From assembly GCA_000146465.1 (NCBI GenBank), contig CP001947.1: a stretch of DNA of 64,000 nt, one strand, 5' to 3'. The notes below the pieces were generated by a model. That model had not been told where the DNA came from. It made no database searches and saw only the letters and a program-made list of their open reading frames with translations. The translations under genes and the position numbers were made by a program. Shown piece after piece: positions 1-10,358 of the stretch; position 1 is the stretch's first letter, and each line of letters opens with the position of its first letter.

Positions 1-867
1 TATTCAATCTTGAACTTTTCATCTTCTTAATCCAACTCTCGTTATCGCATACCGGATCTTCCATTTCAAATATCCGCACTGCAAATCCAAGCTTTCTACT
101 CCTAATAAATTCCCTAACTTTCTCCACGATTTGAGGATTCTTCTCCAGATCACTAAACCTTGTTGTTGGGCGTGCTATCAGTAGCACACTTGTCTCAAAT
201 AGCAACGGAAAAACTGATATCCCTATTTTCGATTCTTTTATTTCTCCAATAGAGCCTGGTAGTCCCTTAGGAATTATCTAGCTGCATATAAATCACGTCG
301 AAAAACCCAATTACTAATACTTTCTGCCATTCCATGCCTACCAACCTCACTTCTTGAGAAGAATTTTACTGTCTCCTTTTCCATTTTATTCTAAGTTTTT
401 TTCTATGGTTCAATCATACTCCACTCTATTACCGATCCTTCTGTCCTTCCTTGGAGTTACTCTATTATAGGCCAATGGTTCCTTTGATTGGAAGGTTTCT
501 TTCAAATGTCTGTAATGGATGGAAGTCCTGTCATTTACCACCATTCCTGGCACATGATAAGACTTTTTAGATTTCATTATGTCCATGCTCTCGGAAACAG
601 ACTGAGAAGAAACACCAAAATGTATCAAGCTCCTTTTAGTGTCCATCTTCGAGTTCAGGGTAAGGATAGGAAGACCGAAGAAGATAAACTGCATGGCATA
701 GCACTCTCTTTCTATTTGAAAACTACAAGGGATTCTCTTTATGGTCTTTTTGTCCAAAACATATAATTTTCCTGCAGGCCTGTACTATTATATTATCCTG
801 GTGGCATTTTCATTAATATTTGGCAGTTATTGTGTACACTTTTTAAAATTTTCTAGAAGACAGATTT

Positions 868-1293
868 TTACTCGATCTCATCCAAAATCTCGATATATCT
901 TTTATCCATTTCTTTGAAAAAATCGCTAGGAAAGGGACTGTTTTTAAGTTCTTTAAAATATTTGAATATTATCAATTCATTGTTGTTTCTAAGTCTGGAC
1001 AGAACCCTAAAAATGTCTGATCGATCTCTAAAGCTGAGAATTATTCTGAATACCTCATCGAATGTCTCTTCAACATGAATAGTATCCAAAAGTATTTCTA
1101 TGTATTCAATGTTATATGAACTGTGGAGAATACCATGAACCTTCTGCAGCACAAGTCTAATCAAATTGTCATCCTTGTTTATAAGCATTATGTCTCTGAA
1201 TTTCGATAAGGAATCCATTATGTCTGTTTGGCTTTCTAAGTTGCTAAGTATTTTTCTTATTTCTACTGTGTTTTCATGTGGGGCTGAGGACAT
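868..1293 (-). CDS. hypothetical protein; start moved to first ATG because track start at 1353 is TTG
   Basis: Intact ORF, 141 aa from the ATG at 1293..1291. No recognisable motifs. Using the ATG start also removes the overlap with the transketolase stop. Confidence 0.3.
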   Translation of the reverse strand: MSSAPHENTVEIRKILSNLESQTDIMDSLSKFRDIMLINKDDNLIRLVLQKVHGILHSSYNIEYIEILLDTIHVEETFDEVFRIILSFRDRSDIFRVLSRLRNNNELIIFKYFKELKNSPFPSDFFKEMDKRYIEILDEIE

Positions 1294-1333
1294 TACTTTG
1301 GGGAGAAAGTATATCTTAAAAGTGTTGCCAAGG

Positions 1334-3223
1334 CTATTTATTAAGGAAGTCAACTATTTTTCTAGAGATTTCTTTACAATTCAATCCGAAGTGGTTATAA
1401 ACGTCCTTCCAAGGCCCACTCATGCCAAAGGTATCTACTCCAATCTGAAAGTCAGAGTACTTGGACCATCCAAATGTACTCAGGGCCTCGATACTAATCT
1501 TTGGAACATCTTTAAGAATACATCTCTTGTATTCTTCTTCTTGCTCTTCAAACAACTCCCAAGAAAAGAATGATACGATGGAAATTTTGAGTTCGGACAA
1601 GGTCTTGGCCACTTCATAACATAACTGAACTTCGGATCCTGTCGCAAGAAGGATAAGGTCTGGGTTTTCAACCTCAAGAAGATAATATGCACCTTTTTTG
1701 GCCTTTTCCATACTAGAGTGAGGAATTTCTGGAACGTTTTGCCTTGATAAAATCACTGCTTTTGGTCCCTCCCTGATCAATGCAAGATATAGTGATGCCC
1801 TAACCTCTGTTCCGTCGCATGGTCTCATTGTGAGAAGATTTGGCGTTGCTCTTAGGGTAGCCAAAACTTCAATTGGTTGGTGTGTTGGTCCGTCTTCGCC
1901 AAGACCTATGGAATCATGGGTTAATACATAAAAGAGGTTCAGGTTATCCATGCATCCAATTCTGACCGATGGAAACCCATATGAAATGAAATTTAGGAAA
2001 GTTCCCGTATATGGAAGGAAATATCCGTGGGATGCGATTCCATTAATTATTCCACACATACTATGTTCTCGAATTCCAAAGTTGATGTATCCTCCGCTAT
2101 AGTTTTCTGCATTCAAGTCTTCTTTTCCTATTTTTGTTAGGACTGAAGATTGCAAGTCGGCAGCACCCCCGATAAGATAGGAGGTTTCTTTAAGATCCTT
2201 TAGAGCCTCTGAAAAGTGTTTTCTTGTAGCTTTTTGTGTTCCTTCTGGTTTGTATATGGACTTGTAAGGAGTGTCTATTTTCTTCAGCTCTTCGAGATGT
2301 TCTTGAATGGTCGGTACCTTGATTCCTTTTCTGTTCCATTCATCTCTTATTTTCCGCTTTTTCTCCTTAAGACTCCTGAATTTTTCTAACAATGAAGGAG
2401 AGACGTAGAAATCCACTTCCGGAATTCCGAACTTTTCTTTAAGTTTTCTTACACCGTCTTCACCCAAAGGTGATCCATGGGCCTTACAACTTCCTTCCAC
2501 AATACTTCCGCGTCCAATAACAGTTTCCAATATGATGACCATGGGCTTTGTAACCTTTTTATTTAGTGCCTTTCTTATTCCATCCAGATCATCGCCATTG
2601 GCAAGTTCAACCTCGAATCCAAGACTCAGGAACCTTTGGATTACATTTTCGTTCATAGAGAGAGATGTTGGCCCATCTATTGTTGTCTTGTTGAAATCAT
2701 ATATGAAGACTATGTTGTCCAGCTTGAGGTTTGCAGCTAGTGAAAACGACTCCTGCCCTATTCCTTCTTGATAGCACCCATCTCCAAATATACAATATAC
2801 ACGATTGGAGAGTCCGAGATGCCTAAGTTTCTTCAATGATATTGCAAATCCAACAGCATTTGCTAGTCCTTGGCCCAGTGGCCCGGTGCTCGACTCGATT
2901 CCTGGATACTTTCTTTCAGGATGTCCAGGAGTTCTTCCGCCAACCTGTCTGAAACTCATTAAGTCCTCCATGTTTAAATATCCTATGAGATAGTTCATAG
3001 CATACTGAAGGGCACATGCATGGCCGTTTGATAGTAGAAATATATCCCTACCTATCCACTTCTCGTCATCAGGGTCGAAGTTTATAAACTCTGTGTATAG
3101 AGTATAAACAAACGGCGCCAGACCCAGAGGAGCCCCAGGATGCCCGCTACGGGCTTTTTGGACCATGTCTGCACATAATGTTCTGATGTTATTTATATCA
3201 TCCATCCAAGGGTTGAATATCAT
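1334..3223 (-). CDS. TKL1: transketolase
   Basis: 629 aa. N-terminus has the thiamine-PP-binding signature 'RSGHPGAPLGLAP' and family-wide similarity is typical of eukaryotic transketolases. ATG start verified at 3223. Confidence 0.9.
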   Translation of the reverse strand: MIFNPWMDDINNIRTLCADMVQKARSGHPGAPLGLAPFVYTLYTEFINFDPDDEKWIGRDIFLLSNGHACALQYAMNYLIGYLNMEDLMSFRQVGGRTPGHPERKYPGIESSTGPLGQGLANAVGFAISLKKLRHLGLSNRVYCIFGDGCYQEGIGQESFSLAANLKLDNIVFIYDFNKTTIDGPTSLSMNENVIQRFLSLGFEVELANGDDLDGIRKALNKKVTKPMVIILETVIGRGSIVEGSCKAHGSPLGEDGVRKLKEKFGIPEVDFYVSPSLLEKFRSLKEKKRKIRDEWNRKGIKVPTIQEHLEELKKIDTPYKSIYKPEGTQKATRKHFSEALKDLKETSYLIGGAADLQSSVLTKIGKEDLNAENYSGGYINFGIREHSMCGIINGIASHGYFLPYTGTFLNFISYGFPSVRIGCMDNLNLFYVLTHDSIGLGEDGPTHQPIEVLATLRATPNLLTMRPCDGTEVRASLYLALIREGPKAVILSRQNVPEIPHSSMEKAKKGAYYLLEVENPDLILLATGSEVQLCYEVAKTLSELKISIVSFFSWELFEEQEEEYKRCILKDVPKISIEALSTFGWSKYSDFQIGVDTFGMSGPWKDVYNHFGLNCKEISRKIVDFLNK

Positions 3224-3258
3224 GATCTTATTTGGATGCTCAATACCTTTGTTGTGCC

Positions 3259-4509
3259 TTAGGAATCATTAGAAAAAACATGAATTGTGAATCTAGTTAA
3301 TACAAACAGAAACATGTCACAGACAAAAAGATCCAAGACTTTTTCTCTGAACGTATAGGTATAGACCACTTCAAGTGATTGGAGCTTCAAAACTCTGACC
3401 GAATTTCTTTCATCGTCTGCTAAGTAGATGTAGTCTCTGTATATTTGATCTCTATGTCTTTTTGTTTGTCTTATGCCTGAGTTGAAATAAATCTCTTGTT
3501 TTCCCTGTATAAAGTGTTTTACTCGAAAGTCAGGGCCTCTAAATGTTAGCAAGAGATTCTCTCCATACGCCGACATATTTGTACATATAGAGTAAGGCTC
3601 AACCTCCAGTTCGCAGGGTAGGGCATCACCTGAAAAGAGAATTCTATATGTTTGGTGGATGGTAGAAGCAAAGACTACTAGATTTTTTTTACATATGGAG
3701 TGAATGGATATATTCGATATCTTGAAACTTCTAAACGGCTCACCAGACGAAATGTTGATGAAGTATACTATCCCTTTGTCGTCTCCGCAATATACTGTGT
3801 TCCTGTCATCTCTGTCAAAGCAGGTACTTTCTATTCGGTTCTGGACCTTGCATTTCATCATTATTCTGCCATTATATATGTTAACGATGTTTAACACATT
3901 TTCGGTTGGGAACAGCCCAATCCCCTCGTTAAACGGGCTTAGAGATATGCTCCTTATAGACATTCCATTCCCTAGCTCAATGAATTCAGACTTGCCGAAG
4001 TCGGAGCATTGGAATCTTTGGATTCCTGTACTTTTTCCGTTCTTTCTCGTGACAATTAAAGTGCAGCTTGGCTCATCATATCCTATCAGGGAATTGGCTG
4101 CGCTGAACCCTGTACTGATATTAAACTTCTTCTTTTTATGTATAAGAAAGATATTCCTTTCTTCCTTGGCACGTATCAATTCTGCCTTTAATGCTTCAAC
4201 TTGAGCTTGAAGCTCGGCACAAATTTCCATGTACTTGTTTTTTTCCTGCTCTTCTTTTAGACATTTTTCCAGGAGTTTCTGCTCATTTCCGGTATCTATA
4301 GCTTGGACTTTCGATGCATACACCGGCCTCACCTGTTTTTTTGTGCTTTGAAGTGAGCACAAAGGACATTGCATCTTGTTTTTCCTTCCAATCCATTTCT
4401 GAATGCACTGGCTTCCGAATAAATGGCCGCATTGGAGAGATACTATTCTATGGCTTCCCTCGCTTGTGTATTCGGAAAAACAAATCGGACATATTGTCCC
4501 ACAATCCAT
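3259..4509 (-). CDS. RING-finger E3 ubiquitin ligase-like protein with coiled-coil and C-terminal beta-propeller-like region (RFWD3-like architecture)
   Basis: N-terminal C3HC4 RING pattern (CPICF..C.H.F...C...W......CPLC), followed by a coiled-coil (QAQVEALKAELIRAKEER), followed by WD-like repeats. Track start is TTG; first ATG is at 4509. Confidence 0.5.
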   Translation of the reverse strand: MDCGTICPICFSEYTSEGSHRIVSLQCGHLFGSQCIQKWIGRKNKMQCPLCSLQSTKKQVRPVYASKVQAIDTGNEQKLLEKCLKEEQEKNKYMEICAELQAQVEALKAELIRAKEERNIFLIHKKKKFNISTGFSAANSLIGYDEPSCTLIVTRKNGKSTGIQRFQCSDFGKSEFIELGNGMSIRSISLSPFNEGIGLFPTENVLNIVNIYNGRIMMKCKVQNRIESTCFDRDDRNTVYCGDDKGIVYFINISSGEPFRSFKISNISIHSICKKNLVVFASTIHQTYRILFSGDALPCELEVEPYSICTNMSAYGENLLLTFRGPDFRVKHFIQGKQEIYFNSGIRQTKRHRDQIYRDYIYLADDERNSVRVLKLQSLEVVYTYTFREKVLDLFVCDMFLFVLTRFTIHVFSNDS

Positions 4510-4554
4510 TCTCGAGGAGAAGGAATTTAGCAAAGGAAAGTTTATACTTCGGAA

Positions 4555-6432
4555 ATGTCTGATAAGAATACTTTTTCATCCCTTTTTCTAATGAAACTAA
4601 ATCTTTTTAAAAACATCAAGAGGAAGCCATTTTCGATTGTCGCAATGTCCTCAAATGGCACCACTATTGTTCTTTTCAGGAAGGATAAAACTTTGGAACT
4701 GTTTGACTCCTACACTCTTGTACCATACTTTACTATGGAGTTTGGATATGAAGTTGTGACCAGTAGTTTTGTGGACTTCCATACTGTGGCCTGTGGAACA
4801 GAATGTGGGAAGCTTGTTTTCTTCAACACTAGAACTCTAGACATAATGTATACAAATGTCGATGGTATTCCTTCGAACATTGCAGCAAACTCTTATGGAC
4901 TTAGATATGATCAAAGACTATTTTATTATTCTATTGGATGCAACGTGTACGAAAAGAAAAATATGGATGCAGATCTTGTGTATCGAGGAAACTCTAAAAT
5001 TACATCTCTTTTCCTTTCTCCTGATCAATCGCTGATTATTGGAGATGCCGAGGGAAAGATAAAGATGTTAAGATGTGATAAGATGGTTTCAGAGATCCAG
5101 CTTTCCTCTGGAAAAATTAACATGATATGCCACATCACGGGAAACACATATGTTTCTGTGTGTGATTACGGAAACTTTTACTATTTTGATACAGACTTGG
5201 AACTTGTTCTACAGACAGTTAAAGTAAGAAATAGCCCACTAAATGTGTGTGCATATGTAAATGATAAGCTTCACTTATCTGGTGCCGATTCTAGAATAGT
5301 TGCATTCTCAAGAAATGGGAGGAAGTTTATAAAATCCTATCAGGTTGACACCCACTATGCCGAAGTCAGAAATATTGCTGTGGACAACGGAAGGGTGCTT
5401 ACTTCTGGGGAGGATACAATCATGAGTGTTGTATGGCCCACACCCAACAAGTATCTTGAGAACAAAATATTCCATCGGTCAGTCGAGTTGGAAGTTTCTA
5501 AGGTTAACAAAATGTTTTATATCAACAATAGGTCGTCTATTGATTTTTACTTGCTCGATTCCGACCCGAAGGATAACAACGATGAGGAAACCTCGGAAGA
5601 TCTTTCTCAGAATGATATGGGAATAACCTTCAAGCTTTCTCGATCCTCGATAAAAAATATCGGTTACAAGAGCCACGACTACAAGTACAAAATCAAGATA
5701 TATACAGAAGGTAATGCCTTTTGCTCCTCAGCCCCCGACGACTTTAGTTATCTAGCATATTCCAATTCAACGGAAACAAGGGTTATAAGTCTGAGCCCAG
5801 ACCAGGAAATCAAAGTTAGGAATAGACTTGGAAAAGCTAGCCGATTAATTACGAGGAAAGACTTGATTGTGCTCCAGAGCTACAAGCGTGAAGTTCTTCT
5901 TATTGATCTTAAGACTGGGGAAACCCTTAGAAAGATATTATTTGACGATTATAGGGAAGTGGTGTATCTTGTAGGAGACTTACTAGTCTTAGGGCACTCA
6001 AAAGTTATATATTCGATAAGCGATCCAAGCATTTCATCAAGTCTAGATGTAGAAGGGGAGGTTCTTAATGTCTGTGAGTATGGAAAAGATCATTTCATTG
6101 TGCTTAGTATGGCTAAATCCTTGGAAGCCAAGAAAGAGTATTTCGTATACAAAGTCTCTCTTTCAGACTTCATTGTAGAAAAAATTAAGTTCTTTGAAAC
6201 CTATTCCTTAATTACATCCGTTTCAGTATTGGAGGATAACATCATCTTTTCAAGCTCCAATGCCATCCAAATATTTGACAATGAGATGAGGGAAGAAAGA
6301 TATTCTTTGGGCGCCGTTATATATTCCTGTAAGGCGATAGAAGGAGAGATTATAGCAATTCAGGATTCATGGAACAACATAAGACTTGGGTTGCCGCCAA
6401 GTATCTTTAAAGAAAAATTTTCTAATAAATAA
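4555..6432 (+). CDS. WD-repeat/beta-propeller protein, possibly a nucleolar U3-snoRNP (Utp4-like) component
   Basis: 625 aa with repeated beta-strand-rich WD-like segments. No catalytic motifs. The family assignment is tentative. Confidence 0.35.
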   Translation: MSDKNTFSSLFLMKLNLFKNIKRKPFSIVAMSSNGTTIVLFRKDKTLELFDSYTLVPYFTMEFGYEVVTSSFVDFHTVACGTECGKLVFFNTRTLDIMYTNVDGIPSNIAANSYGLRYDQRLFYYSIGCNVYEKKNMDADLVYRGNSKITSLFLSPDQSLIIGDAEGKIKMLRCDKMVSEIQLSSGKINMICHITGNTYVSVCDYGNFYYFDTDLELVLQTVKVRNSPLNVCAYVNDKLHLSGADSRIVAFSRNGRKFIKSYQVDTHYAEVRNIAVDNGRVLTSGEDTIMSVVWPTPNKYLENKIFHRSVELEVSKVNKMFYINNRSSIDFYLLDSDPKDNNDEETSEDLSQNDMGITFKLSRSSIKNIGYKSHDYKYKIKIYTEGNAFCSSAPDDFSYLAYSNSTETRVISLSPDQEIKVRNRLGKASRLITRKDLIVLQSYKREVLLIDLKTGETLRKILFDDYREVVYLVGDLLVLGHSKVIYSISDPSISSSLDVEGEVLNVCEYGKDHFIVLSMAKSLEAKKEYFVYKVSLSDFIVEKIKFFETYSLITSVSVLEDNIIFSSSNAIQIFDNEMREERYSLGAVIYSCKAIEGEIIAIQDSWNNIRLGLPPSIFKEKFSNK

Positions 6433-6497
6433 CCATAGTTAAGGAAATTTATCTTCACAGCTTTGAAATTTGTTGTTGATTTCAGGGCCCTTTGACA

Positions 6498-7880
6498 ATG
6501 GAAAGGCTCTGCTCACTTATCAGCGCCTATCTGATAGAGGAGATGGATCACTCGGCTTTGGCATTGTCGGAATATGTCTATAGAAGAAAGGAAACAGATG
6601 AAATCATAATGCTGCTGCTTAAATCTATGTATAGGCTATCGTATCACGAAAGATGTATCGAGACAATAGAGCTTAACAGCTCGGTGATGAGGATCCATGA
6701 GGCTAGAGTTATATACTATCGATGCAAATTCCTGACTGGAAAGAAGAGCAAAGATCTCCCTACAGGAGTAGAGTGTGACAAAGAGATAAAAGGATATCCT
6801 CCAGCAGAAATATCCAAGAAAAGCATCAGGTTACTTTTTGAGGGACTAACTAAAGAAGATGTTAAGAAGAAAGAAATTCTCCTGGAAGCTTACAGATGTG
6901 ATAATAATAACTTGGAAGCATTGTTGAGAATGAAAAACGATTCTCTTGTGAACAACAAAGAGTTTCTTATGCTAATTGATGAGTGTAAAGATAAAGTCAT
7001 GAAAGAAGTTTACATGGAGGTGTTTTATCCGTGCTTTGAACCGGACTTTCATTTTCTGCCTTTCTATTCTCCATGGCATGGAGTCAATCTAGCCAAAAAA
7101 TACTATAGAAGCGGGAAGGACATACTTCTCTTTAACCTTGGTGTTTCGATGGTTAGATTGTATCCCAATTCAGAGCATTCATTTGCTGCATTGGGGCTAT
7201 TTTTCTTGATGTCACTTAATTATCCTGAAGCCAGGAGATGTTTCTACAAGGCTGCGCAGATAAACAACGAGTATGGAAGAGGCTGGCTATATCTTGGAAT
7301 GGCGTATTCTGGGATGAAGGAATGTGAAAGCAGCATAACATGCCTGAAAATAGCACACAAAGCGATGATCGGATCGTATAAGCCCTCTTTTTACCTGGCA
7401 ATCGAATACCATCGAATGAATAACTTCGAAAGGGCTTCATTCTTTTATAAACACGCTCTTGGAATAAACCCATCGGTTCAGGTCCAGGAAAGATACATAT
7501 CACTTCTTATATACTACGAATACTATCCAGAAGCTTTGAGTTATCTGGCTGCTCAAAAAAACAACTTGCTGGGATTGTTGAGAGTCTACTGCAACCTATT
7601 TTTAGGAAAAGTTACCGAGGCACAGAAACACCTTTCGGTTTGCAAAGTGGACTGGAGATACTATGCCACTGCTGGATTTATAGATCATCTTTTGAACAAC
7701 CTTGATTCCGCAGCAGACAACTACAGCAAAGCCCTTCTCAAGACTCATGTAAACTTAGTCGAGGAACTTCTTGGGCTTGCAGTGGAGAACATGACGTGCA
7801 AACAGACTAATAACGTCTACGACTATGCTACCGATCTATTTGACAATATGATGCCCAAATATTCTTTCGAAACCATCTGA
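6498..7880 (+). CDS. TPR-repeat protein, anaphase-promoting-complex Cdc16/Cdc23-like
   Basis: Multiple TPR-like 34-aa repeats (W-LG-Y…A-F-A…P pattern, e.g. 'GWLYLGMAYSGMKECESSITCLKIAHKA', 'ASFFYKHALGINPS'). First ATG is at 6498; track start at 6492 is TTG. Confidence 0.45.
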   Translation: MERLCSLISAYLIEEMDHSALALSEYVYRRKETDEIIMLLLKSMYRLSYHERCIETIELNSSVMRIHEARVIYYRCKFLTGKKSKDLPTGVECDKEIKGYPPAEISKKSIRLLFEGLTKEDVKKKEILLEAYRCDNNNLEALLRMKNDSLVNNKEFLMLIDECKDKVMKEVYMEVFYPCFEPDFHFLPFYSPWHGVNLAKKYYRSGKDILLFNLGVSMVRLYPNSEHSFAALGLFFLMSLNYPEARRCFYKAAQINNEYGRGWLYLGMAYSGMKECESSITCLKIAHKAMIGSYKPSFYLAIEYHRMNNFERASFFYKHALGINPSVQVQERYISLLIYYEYYPEALSYLAAQKNNLLGLLRVYCNLFLGKVTEAQKHLSVCKVDWRYYATAGFIDHLLNNLDSAADNYSKALLKTHVNLVEELLGLAVENMTCKQTNNVYDYATDLFDNMMPKYSFETI

Positions 7881-7901
7881 GAGAATTAAATATAAATTTA
7901 A

Positions 7902-8183
7902 TCACAGACTCTCCATTTCCTTTTCATACAGCTCTTTGAGTTCTTTTTTCTTCTTTTCCTTACACATCTTCTTTTCTTCTTCTCTTTCCTTTCTTCCTGG
8001 AGCTTTTGCTCCGATCTGCCAATACTTTTCTAGTTCCTTTTCCCTTTCCTCTTCTTCCTTTCTTTTCTTTTCCATTTCAGCTTCAAGCTTTCTCTGTCTC
8101 CCCTCCATTTTCTTCTTGTTGTTAAATGTCCGGCTCATGAGGGTAGTCCCCGATGAACTGCTTACTTCGATATTTTTCACCAT
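7902..8183 (-). CDS. small Lys/Glu-rich protein, candidate Lso2/CCDC124-like ribosome hibernation factor
   Basis: 93 aa, extremely K/E/R-rich. Contains 'ELEKYWQIGAKAPGRKE', which resembles the CCDC124/Lso2 'ELEDAYW…GGKAPR' N-terminal helix motifs. ATG verified at 8183. Confidence 0.35.
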   Translation of the reverse strand: MVKNIEVSSSSGTTLMSRTFNNKKKMEGRQRKLEAEMEKKRKEEEEREKELEKYWQIGAKAPGRKEREEEKKMCKEKKKKELKELYEKEMESL

Positions 8184-8210
8184 TCATCCGTGAACAATGC
8201 TCCCGTTACG

Positions 8211-8411
8211 CTACTCCTTGATTTCCTTTCCAAGCATATTTACAAAAACTGGCTGTTCATAGAGAAGTATGTATGTCTCAACACTTTCTTCGACCTTATA
8301 TTTATATTCTTTTCCACCCGCCTTCATTGTTACTGTGCTACTGGTCTTATCATACTCCACCTCCTCAACATCTTCAGGCTTTATATTCAGAGCTTCTATG
8401 ACCACGTTCAT
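8211..8411 (-). CDS. small hypothetical protein (66 aa from first ATG; track start is TTG)
   Basis: MNVVIEALNIKPEDVEEVEYDKTSS… has no recognisable family. Compact spacing between neighbours suggests it is real. Confidence 0.25.
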   Translation of the reverse strand: MNVVIEALNIKPEDVEEVEYDKTSSTVTMKAGGKEYKYKVEESVETYILLYEQPVFVNMLGKEIKE

Positions 8412-8483
8412 TGTTTTTCCAAGGAGTATTTGGCACAAGCTTAAAGAAAGACACAAGATTTCTCTACATGGCTTGATTTATTA

Positions 8484-8987
8484 TTATATAAGTCTAAAGA
8501 AATTCTCTGCATACTCAAGCGGTTTCAGATTCTTTCCCAAAGATTTTCTAGACATCTCCTCGATTAAGCTTTGTGCTTTTCTTATCTTTTCCTGAATACT
8601 TGGAACTGACTCCTGAATCTTAGCTATTTCCTCTGGAATATTGCATCTTTCGACGCGTTTCTTATAGGAAGCTCTTCTTTCCTGTACAGCCTCGCGCATC
8701 CCTAAACCCTCTATCTTCTCTTTTGTCTGCTTAATATGATCTTCAAACACCTCCTGTGCTTTTATTGGCAAGTCCTTTCTCATCAACGCAAGAGAAAGTA
8801 CCTTGAAGTCTTTCTGGTCGTTCTTCTCAGCCAGTTTTTCAATGTTTGGTCCAGGCTTCACAACAACATTCTTCTCTATGGCTTTCCTGAGCAAATTAAG
8901 AAACTTATGATCTTCTTTTTGCGACGGTGGAGCCAACCGAGATATTTGCTCCATTATCTCATCGATATCTCCAATCTCAAGCTTCAT
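8484..8987 (-). CDS. hypothetical K/E-rich helical protein
   Basis: 167 aa, ATG verified. Charged, helical, with no catalytic motifs. Confidence 0.35.
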   Translation of the reverse strand: MKLEIGDIDEIMEQISRLAPPSQKEDHKFLNLLRKAIEKNVVVKPGPNIEKLAEKNDQKDFKVLSLALMRKDLPIKAQEVFEDHIKQTKEKIEGLGMREAVQERRASYKKRVERCNIPEEIAKIQESVPSIQEKIRKAQSLIEEMSRKSLGKNLKPLEYAENFFRLI

Positions 8988-9041
8988 TTCAGGGCTACTT
9001 CAAATTTGTTTTCCAAAGCATTCCTAAGACTTACCCCATTA

Positions 9042-10358
9042 ATGAATAGTCTGAAGGAGTATGTAAAGAACATAGACTTTGGAGTTGTAGACGATCCAGA
9101 AATATTGGATAACGTCTATAACGAAATAGACGGGCAGGAAAGGATACTGATCTTGGATGTCGAAACAACTTATCAGATGGAAAATCTTGTGAGAAGAAGT
9201 AATTCTAGGCAGATACTAGATCTTTTTAGAAAACTGGATATAGAACAGATTATGACTAAGAAGCTGGGATCCAGAGTCCTTGAGGTAATATATGATGTTA
9301 TCTTTGATATGATCTATGTTCAAGGCCAAAGTATTGATGTTGAAGTGTTTGTAAAGCCTGTGGAAGATGTGCTGAAGACCAAGTTCTTCGACACAAATGC
9401 TACACATATTATTAGAAAGGTTTTCCAGCTGGTAAGTGGAAAAAAGATCCGAGGAGACAAGATTCAGTCCTTTAGCTCTGTAGCTCCTGGGCACATAGAG
9501 AGATACAAAGAGACAATCACCGAGTTGATTCCCCGTCTTTCGAAGGAAGACAGTTTTATCACGCTACTGGTATATACTTATTGCTACCGAAGTAAAAGTA
9601 TCATCCAGGAAGTAGTAAAATGCCACTTCACCTGGGAAAAAGCTTGTGACCCGTTGAAATCCTACTTTTTTGAAAAAATAGTAAGGCTGGCAGGAAGGAA
9701 AACAAGGAACTATATCTTTGAAGAAATCAAAGACAAAGTGATGGAAATATGTAAGGATAGATATGGAAATTACTTTATTGGCGAGTTTATTCTCCACCAT
9801 CACGAACAAGCCGATTATTTTTATAAGGAGATAAACTTGTCCGAATTTAGCAGGAATTCCAACATAATCATGAAGCTTACACATTCCCTGATAAAGGCAA
9901 AGTCGTACTCAAATGTCGACAAAATAATGAGGGACTTCTACTTAGAAAACGGAGATGACATTATATCTTGTACATTTGGTGGTGTCGAAGGAAATTTCAA
10001 GCAAAAATATGCTCCGATGCTCTCCGAGCTTATGAAGCTTCCTAATTCACGTAACTACGGGATAAATGCTGCTTTCGGAAAAAAGTTCTGCTCCAGATGG
10101 ATCAGATCGAAAGGAGGAATTGAACTTCTCCAAGGGTATTACGAAGGAACAGACGATAACAGTTCAAAAAAGAACTTTACTAAACGGATTGAAAGACACC
10201 TGCCTCTTATGGCGGATAGAAAGGAGTGCATCAGAATTCTTGAATTTATGAAAGCATACGGATCACAGAGAGCTGGTAGAGAAATAAAGAGAAGACACCA
10301 GCCCGCGAAGAGAGATTTCCAAAGACATCAAAAAGATATTTCAAATTCAGTAAGGTAA
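9042..10358 (+). CDS. Pumilio-family (Puf/Nop9-like) RNA-binding repeat protein
   Basis: Repeated Puf-like units ('KLGSRVLEVIYDVI', 'GNYFIGEFILHHHEQ'). Start moved to the ATG at 9042 to avoid overlap with the converging upstream gene; the track ORF begins at 8736 inside the neighbouring gene. Confidence 0.45.
   Translation: MNSLKEYVKNIDFGVVDDPEILDNVYNEIDGQERILILDVETTYQMENLVRRSNSRQILDLFRKLDIEQIMTKKLGSRVLEVIYDVIFDMIYVQGQSIDVEVFVKPVEDVLKTKFFDTNATHIIRKVFQLVSGKKIRGDKIQSFSSVAPGHIERYKETITELIPRLSKEDSFITLLVYTYCYRSKSIIQEVVKCHFTWEKACDPLKSYFFEKIVRLAGRKTRNYIFEEIKDKVMEICKDRYGNYFIGEFILHHHEQADYFYKEINLSEFSRNSNIIMKLTHSLIKAKSYSNVDKIMRDFYLENGDDIISCTFGGVEGNFKQKYAPMLSELMKLPNSRNYGINAAFGKKFCSRWIRSKGGIELLQGYYEGTDDNSSKKNFTKRIERHLPLMADRKECIRILEFMKAYGSQRAGREIKRRHQPAKRDFQRHQKDISNSVR

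Noticed and set aside
410-766. Two overlapping ORFs (115 aa minus, 92 aa plus)
   Set aside because: Both start with TTG in the ORF track, have no similarity or motifs, and overlap each other. Kept only as part of the 'gene-less left edge' observation.
7936-8193. 85-aa S/F/L-rich plus-strand ORF
   Set aside because: Antisense shadow of the K/E-rich (AAG/GAA-rich) minus-strand gene. Low complexity.
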